Positions 38,522-52,440 are shown, counted from the first letter of the stretch. The stretch: DNA of 64,000 nt from Octopus sinensis (GCF_006345805.1 NC_043012.1:7812001-7876000); one strand, 5' to 3'. The notes: generated by a model from the letters alone, not told the origin. A program made the numbers and translations.

Positions 38522-39800
38522 TGTGTGTGTGTATTTGTGTTTGTCTCCCCGCCATCGCTTGACAACCGATGTTGGTGTATTTACGTTCCCGTTACGCAGC
38601 GGTTCGGCAAAAGTGACCGATAGATTACAAAGAATAAGTCCTGGTGTCGATTTGTTCGACTAAAGGCGGTGCTCCAGCATGGCCGCAGTCAAATGACTGA
38701 AACAAGTAAAAGAGTAATCGATGGACTTATTGCAAATAAAAGATGTCAACCGTTCCAGCTAATCGACATTTCCTTGCCGAGGTATTTATTACCATACTGA
38801 GGTACTAAATGTATGATTAACCATCGACAGTACTTCAGTTTAGTTTTATTATTCTTGAAGTTATAACACTCAACTTATTCCATACTGCTTTAACATAGTG
38901 ATTAGGTATCTTAAAATCACTATAAAGTTGAAATAGATATCTATGGCTTGAATGGTGATCAAATACTTCAAGTTGATCCCAAACCGACACACCTGCCTCA
39001 TTTATGTACATATCTAAATGATTCTAAACATATACGAGTTAGTTTTTAGACGCTCATTTAGTTTCTTCTGTATAACCCAGGATACTTAAACAGGTAAATG
39101 GCTGAACATTACCTGATAAACTTTACGCTAGCTTTTTGCGACCTTCTCCGCTAATTGAAAAGGTCACCATGAAAAATTATTCAACAGTTTTAATGTTTTT
39201 CATTCTCTTCAAATTTTGATTTTGTTTTCAAGGAAAACATTAACTAATTTTCAATTTTGTGAACAAAGTCCATCAACATTTATATTGTCTAAATTTACTT
39301 AAACTCCTCACCCAAAACAAATACGAACGTTCATTAACAGTTTAGTAACCTTTAATTCTTTGAAAACAACGTCAACCTTTGTTGCTGTCGCATTCCAAAC
39401 AATTCACTCGAACCTGGACTTCACCTGAGTGAAGAAACTGCTGGGTGTAAAAAATAATAATAAAAAGCCGACAGTTTATGAATAGCTTAGCGAGAGATGC
39501 TTGAAACAGCAATTCCAATATTTCTACGCGAACGTACTGCCGTCGAATCGAATCTCTAGTAGCAAATAGTCATGAAATGAACTATTATTCTCAACTTGTT
39601 CTTCTTACCAGTAGACGCTACTAAAATTCTTCACAGTTGCAAAAAGCTTTTGTATTTTTTTTTTTAAAAAAAAGTAACGTAGCGTCAAAATAAAAGAGAA
39701 AGGCAAAAAAGCCCTTCGTTGCGTTTGAATGTTGCATTGTGAAAGTTGGAATCTTCGTCTAAACATTGTAGGAGAAGAAAGTCAGCGAAACCAAACAACC

Positions 39801-40088
39801 ATGAGTTACAACATTCCTCCTGGCATGAAGCGGCCTCAGATAAGTGTGTTAAATAAGAAAATTCGCATGTTAGGAAATCCTTGTATCTGTGAACGGAGTC
39901 CCGGTGAAGTGCAGTGTTCTCTATGTGGACACACTGTCATTGGGCGAAGTCAGCTGAGCTGTGCCCAGCATCCAAACGTAATTCATTTGATGGATTTAAC
40001 GAACTGTCCCAACTGTAAAAGTGACCGACTCTGGGAACGTGAACTTTCATTGAAGTGGACCAACTCGAGGAATCTTAACCGGCATTAA
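39801..40088 (+). CDS. Small intronless Cys/His-rich putative zinc-binding protein, 95 aa, resembling uncharacterised Drosophila CG13380
   Basis: ATG in AACAACCATG context, unique non-repeat sequence. Motif CxC-x8-CxxC-x5-GR-x4-CxxHP-x4-LMD-x3-CPxC. Family recognised from memory, not searched. Confidence 0.8.
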   Translation: MSYNIPPGMKRPQISVLNKKIRMLGNPCICERSPGEVQCSLCGHTVIGRSQLSCAQHPNVIHLMDLTNCPNCKSDRLWERELSLKWTNSRNLNRH

Positions 40089-42727
40089 GGGCAAAAACCA
40101 TTTATTTATACTGACAGGTGAAGTATAAGGAAATACTTCAAACAGATGAGAGGAGTATGTTTACAGTCATCAGTTCTATAGCTTTTACTATTTATATTTT
40201 TGTTAAGAAAAACTTTTGATTTTGTTATGACTTGCTGTTGCTTATTAATTACACAAATACAGTTGAAATTATTTATATCAAAAACCAGAGAAAACGTTTT
40301 ACTTTATTTTAAAAGAGAATATAAAAAATATTTTCCGATTAAATGAACCTATTTTTTCCCCTTTTACTAAAACTTTTGTGATACGATGGCTATTGTTATT
40401 ATTGTTATATAAAATGCTATTTAAAAAAACCATCATCAGTTCTTATTCTGTTTCATATTAACGAACTTTTGAAATGTTTTTTCAGGTGTTTTGAGGAGAC
40501 AACAACTAATTGTTTCAAAACTTAGCATTTATTTTTAACAATTTAAATAAGTGATACTTAAAAAACCTGCTTCAAAACTTTTATTTTTGACTAATTTGTT
40601 TATTCTAACCGGATCCACCTTTTTTAGAACATCACAGCTGCGTTTTTTCCTTCTTCAAATTATCCACGTCAGGTAGCAAAATAACATTCCAGACGGAATT
40701 CTTGAAATTAGTGAATTGAAATGAATTCGCACTGCATTACAGTCGCAGAACTAAAGAATTCTTTTCCCTCACCCAAAATACTAATTAAAACTTTTGAAGT
40801 TTTTTTGCAACTGCAACAGACCAAAGACGAATTCCACTTGGAAGCAGCCTCCTCCACATCTTATAAGAATGAGAGAGAGAGAGAGAGAAAAAAAAAATGC
40901 AAAGCATCTTCATAACTTGTGTTTTATTTCCTCCCTGCCTACTTATTTGAAGCTGTCTCGTTCAGTTATAATTAGACATCAGTAAGAAGATACATGGTCT
41001 GTTGTTATCTTTCTCCTAATATTCCGGTGTCGTCTGAGTTTGACGAACGAAGAGAGGAAATCAGTTGGTGGGTGTCTCGAATTCTATACACCCAGCGTGC
41101 ATTAAGGGTCACAGTCGAATCATAGACAAAACAAACTGTGTGTATAATATATATATATGCGCAAGTTTTAATCTATTTTTCTTGTCACTGCAGTGTTTTA
41201 AATTGAGGAAAGACATTTTAGAAGTGATAAAATTGAAACAATTACTAAACTTTTTTCTTTTTGTCCCGTTTTCTATTAAAAATGTTTTAACTGCTGTCCA
41301 TGAGGGGGAAACCCGTTAACCCCGTTTTGGTTTCCCCCTCAAAGGTCAACCTACAGATTTGAGTCTCCTCAATTTAGACAGATGTAACAGTAAGAATTTA
41401 CCAGAACGGGGCACGGTATTAGGGGGCAAAAATGTAAAATTCTTTGACGGGGAAAAAACAATAGCCCAATTCCTTCCCCACGGGGTTAGTGATATCTATT
41501 CCTACTCTGTCGATCAGAGATTACGTCTGCCTCATTTGACAGGTATAAAAATCCCAATTTACAATTATACAGGGTGGGCCAAAAGTCACGCACAACATAA
41601 GTTCAATATGCTTCGGAATTGTCGAAGACCTGCTTCAACTTTTCTAAAATTGAATAAAATAGATAAAATAATGATGAATACACGATGAATAATAATAGTA
41701 ACGCAATATAAATATTTTGGAGTTTATTCTTTCCTCGCTCCAACTTCGTTTCCATCAAATGTAACATCTTTTTGCACCTTATTTTCTTTGAAATGTAATG
41801 TAAATTTATTTCTGCAAAATATGCATTTTGAAAAAATGTATTTCTGCAAACATGCATTTTAAAAAGAGGGTTATGGGAAAACAAAGTCGAGGTAACACAT
41901 TGAAGTGTCATAAATATTTTTTCTTAAATGTCATCAACGTAATCGTAATTTACACCTTTCGAAGGTGTTATCTCCGCAAAGTTTTATTAAAAAAGACAAA
42001 CCATTCCCTAAAAATAACTCATTTTGCAGAGCAATGATGGACAGTCATGCGTGGGGCATTAAACTGCAGTTATCTCTACTCGGTTACTTAGTTTAGTCGT
42101 TCGAGTTATGCTCCATGCCCACCCATGGGAAAAGAAAAGGTTAGGGTCCCCCCCTCACTCTTTATAGTATTCGTGTTTTTATACAATGTAAAAAAATTAC
42201 AAGCTTAATATTCCTGGTTTTCACCTAGGTGGCCATGGTTCAATTCTCAGCATGCGATCACCGTTTCAAGTGTAGGCGTAAGCAATGGTTGTGTGGGTAA
42301 GAAACTCGCTTTGCAACCAAGAGGTTTCGAGGGCAGTCCCACTGAGAGGAACTTTGTTGACATGCCTATAAAATGTATTTCGGCAAGACTGTTAGATTAG
42401 GTAGTAAGCTTAAAAGCATGGTTGCTGTCCAATGACTGAAACGAGTAAAAGAAAAAAATGTACATATGCCCACACCAGTTTCCTTCCTACCCAGTCGCCA
42501 CTTAAGGACATTTGTCAGACAAAATGTCTTCTGCATTTGTTATAGATTATGACACACAAGTCAATGGAAATATTAAAGTCTATGCGTGTTGGTCGTACAG
42601 CATGTGCACATTTCTGAAAGCGAAATATCACTGTAAACTGCAGCATATTAATCAAAATTAACACGAATAATAAGCATTAGATAATTATTGTTGCTATTAC
42701 AAAAATAAATGCAATTTTATCAATAGA

Positions 42728-43115
42728 CTAGCACTATGACCCGGCGTTGCCAGGTCATACTGCTAGTGCATGCATATACAGCTGTGTGCGTGCGCACATA
42801 CACGCGAGTGCTGTCCAAATCTCCGACCTATCACATACAGCTAGCTGGCATTCAATTGGCGTATCAAGTTTCGGGCATTTTGATTGGGTTTCGGATAGAA
42901 AATTCACAAAAATGTCACTTCTATTGATTTTTTTTTTTTTTTAATAGCTTTGTGGGGTGACTGGGGAAATGTAAAGATGTGCACAACCACCCTTGGACGG
43001 TTTTGAATGACCATAGAAAGTGCGAACCCTCTAACTGAAAAATTGTGGATTTGTATATACACACACACACACAGACAGACATTTTGCCATTTTTATAAAT
43101 ATATATATATATAGA
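42728..43115 (-). mobile_element. Non-autonomous Helitron
   Basis: Minus strand TC start, GACCTGGCAACGCCGGGTC hairpin and CTAG end. The empty A|T site is visible in the paralogous sequence near 60136. Confidence 0.8.
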
Positions 43116-43601
43116 TTTGTAGCGGACGCTTAATCGATTAATATCTGGCAGTGAAATTAGACAAGAGGTTATTACATTGAGTTCAAATGCCTTTGTTTTT
43201 GGGGTCGGTAAATTAGTGTGAGGCACTGGAGGTGGGTGGGGTGTCAATGTAATCGATTTGTCCCTTAACCTTCAAAATTGCTGGCCTTGTGCCTATTTTG
43301 GAAACCTTTCATATTCATCTCTTCCAGTATGCAGGGAAGAGCCCCTTACTTTATCATCATTCAAAGTCCATTTTCCATACTGGCATGGGTTGGATGGCAT
43401 GACAGAAACTGGCAAGGCCATGTGATCCACCAGGTCCCATTGTCCGTTTTGGCTTGGTTTCTGCAGCTGGATGCTCTTCAGATGCCAACACTCTTCACAG
43501 TGCTTTTTCTATGGCACCAGTACCCACACTAACACTTAGTTTTAGGATCTCAATTCAAGACCCCATTATATATCATCATCGTCTAACACCCATCTTCCAT
43601 G

Positions 43602-43639
<38 letters not shown>

Positions 43640-45284
43640 GTGTATTTGATTGGCAATTGAGTTGATTTGAGATTGTGTGTTCAAACTAAAATGACTGCTG
43701 CATGGGTGACACGGGTTAGCCATTCAGAAACACACAAAGGCTGTTAATTACAATTGAGCAGAAGCACAGTTGTAAGTCAACCGGTCAACCACAGTACAAA
43801 TAAACGTTTGAGTAAAGTTAGTCTTTTCCTGTTTCTGAATGACCAGCTTGTGTCTTCCATGTTGCAATTGCTATGTATATATATATACATACATATTTTA
43901 ATATTTTACTTAGGCGGTGAGCTGGCAGAATTGTTAGCACACCGGGCGAAATGCGTAGCCGTATTTCATCTGCCGATACGTTCTGAGTTCAAATTCCTCC
44001 AAGGTCGACTTTGCCTTTCATCCTTTCGGGGTCGATAAATTAAGTACCAGTTACGCACTGGGGTCAATGTAATCAACTTAATCCCTTTGTCCTTGTTTGT
44101 CCCCCTCTATGTTTAGCCTCTTGTTGGCAATAAAGAAATAAATGTTAGCATGCTGGACGAAATGCTTAGCAGTACTTTGCCTGTCTTTACGTTCTGAGTT
44201 CAAATTCTGCCGAGGTTGACTTTGCCATTCATCCTTTGGAGGAGGGGGGGGGGTCGATAAGTTAAGTACCAGTTGCGTATGGGGGTTAATTTAATCAACT
44301 GCCTCTGCCTCCTACCCCAAAATTTCAGGCCTTGTGCCTAGAGTAGAAAAGACTACTTAGGCATAGCAATACTAACTCAATATACATTTGCTTCCAAATA
44401 AATTGTTTGTCAAGTACAGAGTGTAATGAGATTAAATAAATGACAGGGGAACAAGAAATTATACAATGAACTTTGTAGGCTTATGTCTGTTTCTGCTACG
44501 AGATGCAGTGCACTCGGAGAAGAGTGCTTGTGCATTACCTTATAGCTTCCTCAGAGTTTACATTTGTTTCTTATGGGACAAAAGAGTGATTTCTAATGGT
44601 TTTGATGGTCACATTTAATGCACATGTAAAGCTATACATCTCACCTTCAAAGTTTTCCTTAATAAATTCTGTGCGACCCATGCAAAGCATGGAAAAGTGG
44701 ATGGTAAAAATGATGATTATATATATATATCACACACTTGGTGAGAAAGGGACATTAGCTTCTGATCACTATTATCATAATCATTACTGGAACTTGGTGT
44801 TATCGGTCCACCTCAGTCCAACATGTGACTCAGGTGCTTAGCATGATGTGTATTGAATGCCAAATACATATAGTAATGTGAGGTAGAGTGAATAAAGAAG
44901 ATAGTTGGAAGGAGGCATTGAAGTATTAGATGAACCAGTGACCTTACCACTAAACTAACATGCCATTTCCAATAACCTCTTGGATCACAAACTGGCTCCT
45001 CCTCCAATCTATTTCTCTATCACTAACTAAATGCTAGACTCCCCCCTGCCACCTGTTGTCAATCCTGTGTATGTAGTTTTTTCCATGTTGGAAAGGACAT
45101 GTTCAACATCTAGTAGCCAGGTCCTGCTGTGTATAAAGTCATCTGTGCAGACCAGAAATTTGTGATGTGTAGCCAACCAATTCAAATACTGGACACCTTG
45201 AACTGTCATTTAAACACAACAGCACTAAAAGCTCAACTCTGGTATAGGAAACTTATATTCAAAAGAATTCAGTTTTATTTAAAA

Positions 45285-45704
45285 CTAGCAGTATAACCTG
45301 GCTTTGCCCGGGATTAAGTTAATAACGTTCTTCAAACCAAACTAAGTAACATCAACGTCAAATATGGGCAAAATCCATTGATATATATATATATGGGCAA
45401 CACACATACGCACACCTATTCGTGTGAGTGATCCGTATATCAACAAAACACTTTTTACCTTGATGAAAAAAAGAAAAACAACAAAAGTCACTCGTTGCTG
45501 GAAGGGGACTTAACTCATGTTTGCAAACAATGGTGATTTTTCCAACTTGAAAATTTATTTTTACTGCTATTTGCTGGTGCTCTGGGAAAAATAAGTTGAC
45601 GAAAATACAGCTAGAGTCATAATGAATGTCCTCTTAAAATTGGAGTGACATGCATAAATTACATTCATGTACACACACATCTCGCCGTTTATAATATATA
45701 CAGA
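45285..45704 (-). mobile_element. Non-autonomous Helitron
   Basis: Minus strand TC start, CCCGGGCAAAGCCAGG hairpin and CTAG end. Confidence 0.7.
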
Positions 45705-47985
45705 TTACATGTGTTCTTCCTTTTAGTACAGTGATTTAATTATTTCTAGTTGAGTAATCTATTTCCTTTATAGTAGTTTGTACAACTTGGGTAAATGTCA
45801 CTTAATACAGCCTCAAGATGACCCATTCCTTGAAATAGAAATTGGGTAGACAGAAACTGCATAGAAAGCTGTTGAGTGAATTGTACCAATAATTCTAAAA
45901 TTCTAAGGTTACACGTGTGTCTGTGGAATGCTAACATACTAAATCCTCCTCAGAGATCCATCACCTTCCGTTCTGGGGAAACATTAATTCAACAATTGGC
46001 TGCCTACCAATATTAAGCAGGGTAGTGAAAATGCTAATTTAACAAAAACATAAACCAAATACAAAACCATTCTATTAATGCTTATGTTCCACGACTTGAC
46101 AGAGCTCAGGAGTGCACCGTGCTCCACTGTCTACATTAGTATGGTTTGTTACACCTAGACATTCTTCCCAGCACCAACTGTGTTAGAGCCCAAACTGCAT
46201 ACTTCTTTGCATGTTGCCAGCCCTGCAGTTTGCAAGGCTATAACTCAGAACAGCAGTTTTACGCTAGGAAATGAAGGATCAAGAATGGGAGAAGGGCCTG
46301 GGTGGCACGTAAAAAGCACACCCACTACACTCATGGAGTGGTTGGCGTTAGGAAGGGCATCCAGCTGCAGAAACACTGCCAGATCAAACTGGAGCCTGGT
46401 GCAGCCTTCTGGCTTCCCCGACCCCAGTTGCACCGTCCAACCCATGCCAGCATAGAAAGCGATGATGATGATGACGACAAACACCAGAATTTTGGAGTAG
46501 AAAAAAGAATTGATTTTATCAAACCCTTAAGGATAAAAGATGAAACTGACCAAGATTTAAATGCAGCAGAAGTGTTAAAAGACTGGTCCCTCTGGCAGTG
46601 CCACATAAAAGTACTCAGCACACTCTGTAAAGTGTTCAGTGTCAAGAAGGGCATCCAGCTGTAGAAACCATGTCAAATGAGAGTGGAGTTTGGTGCAGTT
46701 CCCCAGCCCTGGTCAAGCCACCCAACCTATGCCATCATGCACAATGGACGTTAAATGGTGAACCTCAACAACCAAAAGAAATAACACAAAGCATTTTGTT
46801 GGATGTTTTAATGTTGCTGCCAATTCACTGCAAGTAAATACCAAGAGAACCGAGAATAGTTGCTTCATTGTATTGTTTGAACAGTTGGGAAAATGTCAAA
46901 AAGTGAGTAGCAGCAGACAACAAAGAACTGATAGTAGTAGTAGAAGCATGTTGCTGTATGTATATCTATAGATAAATTTACATGCTGGAGTGGCTGCGAG
47001 GTACTAAATTTGCTTCCCAACCACATGACTCCGGGTTCAGTCCCACTGCATGGCACCCTTATAGTATCTTCTACTATAAGCTTTGGGCTGACCAAACTTT
47101 TCGGAGTGGATTTGGAAAATGCTCATTATGGGTCATATATATCACCATCATCGTCGTTTAACAATTTGACTGAGGTCTGGCAAACTAGACTCCAATCTAA
47201 TCTGGCACTTTCTACAACTGGATGCCCTTCCTGACGCCAACCACTCCCGAGTGTAGTGGGTGCTTTTACGTGCCACCAACATGAGGGCCAGTCAGGCGGT
47301 ACTGACAACGACCTCACTTGAATGTTTTTTCACGTGCTAGTAAAGCGACGCATGTAACGATCGAATTTGATTTTAATTTCACTTGCCTCAACAAGTCTTC
47401 GCAAGCAGAGTTTAGTGTCCAATGAAGGAAAATATATACATATAAATGTGTGCGCATTGTTCCCCACCACCGCTGGCCTGTTTACATCCCTGCAATTCAA
47501 TGATTCAGCAATAAGCTTTATAGACTAAGTACTAGGGCCTCAATTCGACTAAAATTCCCCAAGCTGGTGCCCTAGCACAGTTGCAGTCTCATATATATAT
47601 ATATATAAAACCATCACCATTTAGCATATTTTCCATGCTGGCATGGGTTAGACGGTATGACCGGAACCAGTAAATAGAACTGTACCAGGTTCCAGCCTGA
47701 TTTTGGCTTGTGTTCTATAGTGGGATGCCCTCCCCAACACCCATCACAATTATAAATTCACTTGGCCTAATGTGTCTTCTCAAGGACTTAATCATTTGTC
47801 ATTGTCTCCGTGAGACCCAACATCTGAAGATCAAGCTTCACCATCTCACACCATGTCTTCCTGGGTCTACCTCTTCTACATGTTTCCTCAAAAGTTAGGG
47901 ATTGGCCCTTCAGGTCAACACAGTAATAAATACAAACAAATATATCTCGTAACACAGAAATATCACTTTATTTCTCACAATATAT

Positions 47986-48134
47986 TTAGTCCCTCATCAT
48001 TAATTTCTGTTTCTTTAGCTTCTTTTGTGACACCTTCTTACGCACGGGCTCATCCTCACTTCCTGCTGGTTTTGGTACAGGGATTTCCTTTTCTGTGAGA
48101 ATAACTTCAATATGGCATGGACTGCTCATGAAAG
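47986..48134 (-). CDS. RPL17: RPL17 terminal coding exon ([49 protein letters not shown])
   Basis: Acceptor tttacag, TAA stop, AATAAA at 47967-47972. Total CDS 561 nt, 186 aa. Confidence 0.97.
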
Positions 48135-48269
48135 CTGTAAAGAAAGAACAAGTCACAAAGTTATGAAACATTAACAATATCCCCCATCAAATACGTTTGT
48201 TGTAGAACAATAAGAGGAATGGAAAGGAGGCAGATAAGACAAAGCAATAGAATCATTAACAATACTTAC

Positions 48270-48366
48270 GATTAATACGTCCATGAGCTCTGTATGTCCG
48301 TCTTCTCATTTTAGGGGCTTGGTTCACTTGAATGTGTTCAATGACTAAGTGATCGGTGTCTAACCC
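48270..48366 (-). CDS. RPL17: RPL17 coding exon 5 ([32 protein letters not shown])
   Basis: Acceptor ttgcag, donor GTAAGT, 97 nt. [12 protein letters not shown] uL22 signature. Confidence 0.97.
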
Positions 48367-50047
48367 CTGCAATGGTAGGATAGCAATTTATGAAGACAAC
48401 AAAATAAATTTAAAAGTACAAAAGATTAAGTAGTGCTTACTGCCACATCAGTATGGCTGTTTCATAGGAATCTATGTTACTACTGCCTTTAATCCTGAGA
48501 AGTGGCTCCTCGTGGGGCTAAACATGGGGGTAATGTTGATTCCTATGGATGAGACATTGATATGGTGATACGCATTACTTCACAGTATAGCTACCATTTT
48601 CATCTCCTGTACAGATTTTCTAAACCAGCTACTTTGACTGTTATAAAAGATAATTATTGGACCCCACCCACCCATAACTACCCCCCCAAGAAAATTAAGG
48701 AGGAGAAAGGCGCCAAGCTGGCAGAAACGTTAGCACGCTGGGTGAAATGCTTAGCAGTATTTCGTCTGCCGCTACACTCTAAGTTCAAATTCAGCCAAGA
48801 TTGACTTTGCTTTTCATCCTTTTGGGGTCGATTCAATAAGTACCAGTTACGCACTGGGGTCGATATAATCGACCTAATCTGTTTGTCTGTCCTCTGTGTG
48901 TGCAGTAAAGAAATAAGAAAATGAAGGAGAGAATTAAACAGCAGCAGATAGGGGTAGGAGTAATGGGTTGCACACCCCAGACTAAATGGCAGGTTTAACT
49001 GTGCTTTGCAGATGTGATTGGAAAGGCATTGCTGCAATCTTCCACAGAGAAATATAACCTTATTTGGAAATGGATAACAGTTGGCTTATAAGAAGGGCAC
49101 TCGACAGGATGCAGAAAACCTGTCTCAGCAATAACCACCTACCCATGCAAGCAGGGAATAGTGGACAGTGATGAAGATGATAACTGTACAACAGACACTA
49201 TTATATAAAGGTTAACCAAACCACTAAATGATTTCAAATTTTTGCACAATCCAGCAAGTCCAGCGAATGAGCAAGTTAATTACCTTGACCTCCCAGAGGA
49301 TTAAAACAAATTACTAATTATGCAGTGGGATAGATAAACACCGTAATTATATACTGATATTGTCTGGTGTAGTTACAGAAACTAATTCTTCAAAAATCAT
49401 AAAAGATTAAGGCCCTAACATTCACTGACATGAAGCAGAAACTCAGGGTATTCTTGTTAAACATGTGCAAGAAGGACTGAGGTAAGTGGTTGCTTGGTTG
49501 ATGGTGCACTTCCAGCTAAAGTAAGAACATAACAAGTCCATACTGTAACAACACTAACTAGCTGGCCATTCCACAATCAAATGTAAAATTAACCCATAAC
49601 ATACCGTGTGTCACACATCTCTCCACCAGTGCATGTATCTCTCAGTATCATACCACTTAAAGCAAATTATGAATTCTTCAAGTGAGTTACCAGCAGACAT
49701 TCCCTCTATTGTGAAGATTTTGCAATGTAACCTGATCTTTTTCTTAGTACAAATGACAATTTATGGAGGGGAAAATAGAAAAAAAACCCTAGACTACAAG
49801 GGGATACACAAACCCCTCTATACGTCTTTAGCTATTTTCTAATCAACTAACGCAGGCCTGAGCAATAGGTTTGGAAAATTCTCAACAGGATCTTAAGAAT
49901 TAATACACATGAATGAACAATTCTTTTCGAGGAGACAAAGAGCACTTTCAGTATGTACTTTCTATCTACACGAAGACGAATATTAACCATACAGCTGTTA
50001 CAGAAATGCCAAACGTGTAGAATGAAGAACAGTATATAGAATCTTAC

Positions 50048-50146
50048 CTTAAACTCAGCATTACTTTCAGCATTCTTCAACAACTGTAAAAGAAATTTAG
50101 CACTCTTCTTGGGCCACCGACCCTGAGTAGCTTTCCACTGTTTAGC
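50048..50146 (-). CDS. RPL17: RPL17 coding exon 4 ([33 protein letters not shown])
   Basis: Acceptor tttcag, donor GTAAGA, 99 nt. QGRWPKKSA motif. Confidence 0.97.
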
Positions 50147-52103
50147 CTGAAAAAAAAAAACCGGAGAAATAAGCAGGACATCAGAGAGTTTTAAGAACTG
50201 TTGGGAAAACTGAAATTGGGAACATGACACCACCAGTTCTACACTTGACAATAGAAAGTCATATCGTAAGAAGATAAGCGAATACTATTTTAGTCAAAAC
50301 AGATTGTAACACCAAATGGTCAATTCTACCACAGATGAAGTGTCACAGCAAATAGTCTGAGAAATAGCAGATACTATCAACTCAAACTTTTACGGGGCAC
50401 AATGGACCTTTCAAGTGTTGGACCTCACGGAAGCAATGACGAATGGCCAAGACATTTGGCATTATGCTGAACTTGAGAAGATCCATTGCGCCGGGTAAAA
50501 TTGCAGCTGTGGCAGATACTGGTGTGATGCAAATGCCATATAGGAAATGCATCCTGTCTTAGAAAATATGCCAAATCAAGACTGGAGTCTGGCGAAGCCT
50601 TCCAACCCTGGAGTGGTTTGCATCAGGAAAGGCATCCAGCGGTAGAAAGCATGCCAGCATGGACAACAGACATTAAATGATCTTATAACTAGAACACACC
50701 CTAAAATACTATACTGCAGGGATCCTTTTTCGGTTTGTGCATACATACCAACTTTAGCTCTACACAGTAAGTAAAGATATCTTCAATTTGAAAATTTGTA
50801 CAATAAACATACACTTGCAACTATCCAATCAACCCTTTTAATTCTGTCTCCACTCTCTCATCTATTCATCTTGAGGGCTCAATGTGGCACCATATCACTA
50901 CTAGTCTAATATAATGCAATGTAACCATTATACAACAACAAACTTGTTCTTTCTATCATACTCCAACTCCTCAGTACCAAGCATAAGGTCACCACTCACC
51001 CTGTATAATATCCCTTCTTATCATTGGGGATCTTTAGTCTTGCTAGTTACAGGATATTGAAAAAGCAGTGCTAGAACTAGAGAAACCACAACAAAGCAGA
51101 CACTGGACATGACACAATCCTCAGTGAAACTGTCCAACATAGAAAATGGACATTAATCATGGTAACATATGGTTTATCTGGAGCAGGGAAGAAATAGGCC
51201 CCTCATTGGTGTAACAAAGGCAATCATTCCCTCTCACAGCCAGATACTAGCAAAAAAAAAAAACCCAGGGCCAGTACATTTTCACTAACTCCAACTGGCC
51301 ATAAATTGTAATATAATGCCATAAACTTTCGTGTATTGTAGAAGTGTAACCAAATTATAGGACATAAATTTTAACAACAAAATCTTCTCATATGAACCCA
51401 CGTTCTATAGGTGCAGGAGTGGCTGTGTGGAAGAAAGATTGCTTCCCAAGTACATGGTTCGGGGTTCAGTCACACTGCGTGGCACCTTGATTAAGTGCCT
51501 TCTACTATAGCCTTGGACTGGCCAAAGCCTTGTGAGTGGATTTGGTAAACAGAAACTGAAAGAAGCCTGATATATGTGTGTATATATGTATTTGTGTGTC
51601 TGTTTGTCACACCGCCTTTGCTTGACAACTGAGGATGTGTTTACGTTCCATTAACATAGCAGTTCAGCAAAAGGGACTGATAGAATAAGTACAAGGCTTA
51701 CAAAGAATAAGTGCTGGAGTTGATTTGTTCAACTAAAGGTGGCTCTCCAACATGGTTGCATTCAAATATATTTATTCACTGTGGATTAACCATCCATTAT
51801 CTCATAGCTTTGAGACTGCCATGATGTGAGTGTACACCCTAAGACACTGTAGGGTAGGTTATGAGAACATAAAACAAGCAGAATATTTGGGACAGCTAAG
51901 GCCAGTTTAGATGATAAAGAACTAAAATATTCTCAGCTTCACCAGAGTTTAAAATTTTGTGTATTTATTCCACATCCCCACACAAACCATCAGGATTTCA
52001 CCATCCACATCACACAAGAAATCCTCTTCAAGACCCAAATGAAGCAACAATCATTGCTTTTTACCAACAAAATAGAGGACCATTCCAGATCATATTAACT
52101 TAC

Positions 52104-52238
52104 CTGAGCATGACGGCCGACTCCACCACAAAATCTCCGGAATGGGACAATTTCTTTTTTCTCCATAACATTTTTGAGATATCGGGTGGCACGCTTCAAA
52201 TGCATCCTTTTAATAGCTTGGGCCGTCTCACGTGTGTT
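52104..52238 (-). CDS. RPL17: RPL17 coding exon 3 ([45 protein letters not shown])
   Basis: Acceptor ttctag, donor GTAAGT, 135 nt. [10 protein letters not shown] and GGVGR motifs. Confidence 0.97.
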
Positions 52239-52440
52239 CTAGAAAAAACAAAAACAAAACAAGGTCATCAAGGACACCATGGCTGTATATACATATATAT
52301 TTGACATGGGCGATTCTTTGTCTTGGGATTCACGGTCATATGGCTGGGTGGAACTGTGCAAAAAATCAGATGTGTAGAATGATCCAGTGGTAATGCTGGG
52401 CTTTGTATTTTTTGCATAGCTCCTATGGTTACTGAGATAA

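Noticed and set aside
39729-39800. N-terminal extension of the zinc-binding ORF given in the ORF track
   Set aside because: The upstream ATG has a weaker context, and a possible acceptor lies at 39770-39771. The ATG at 39801 is preferred, though the longer start is not excluded.
41301-41341. 13-bp GC-rich hairpin resembling an intrinsic terminator
   Set aside because: Eukaryotic intergenic context beside DNA transposon fragments. Most likely a transposon end remnant.
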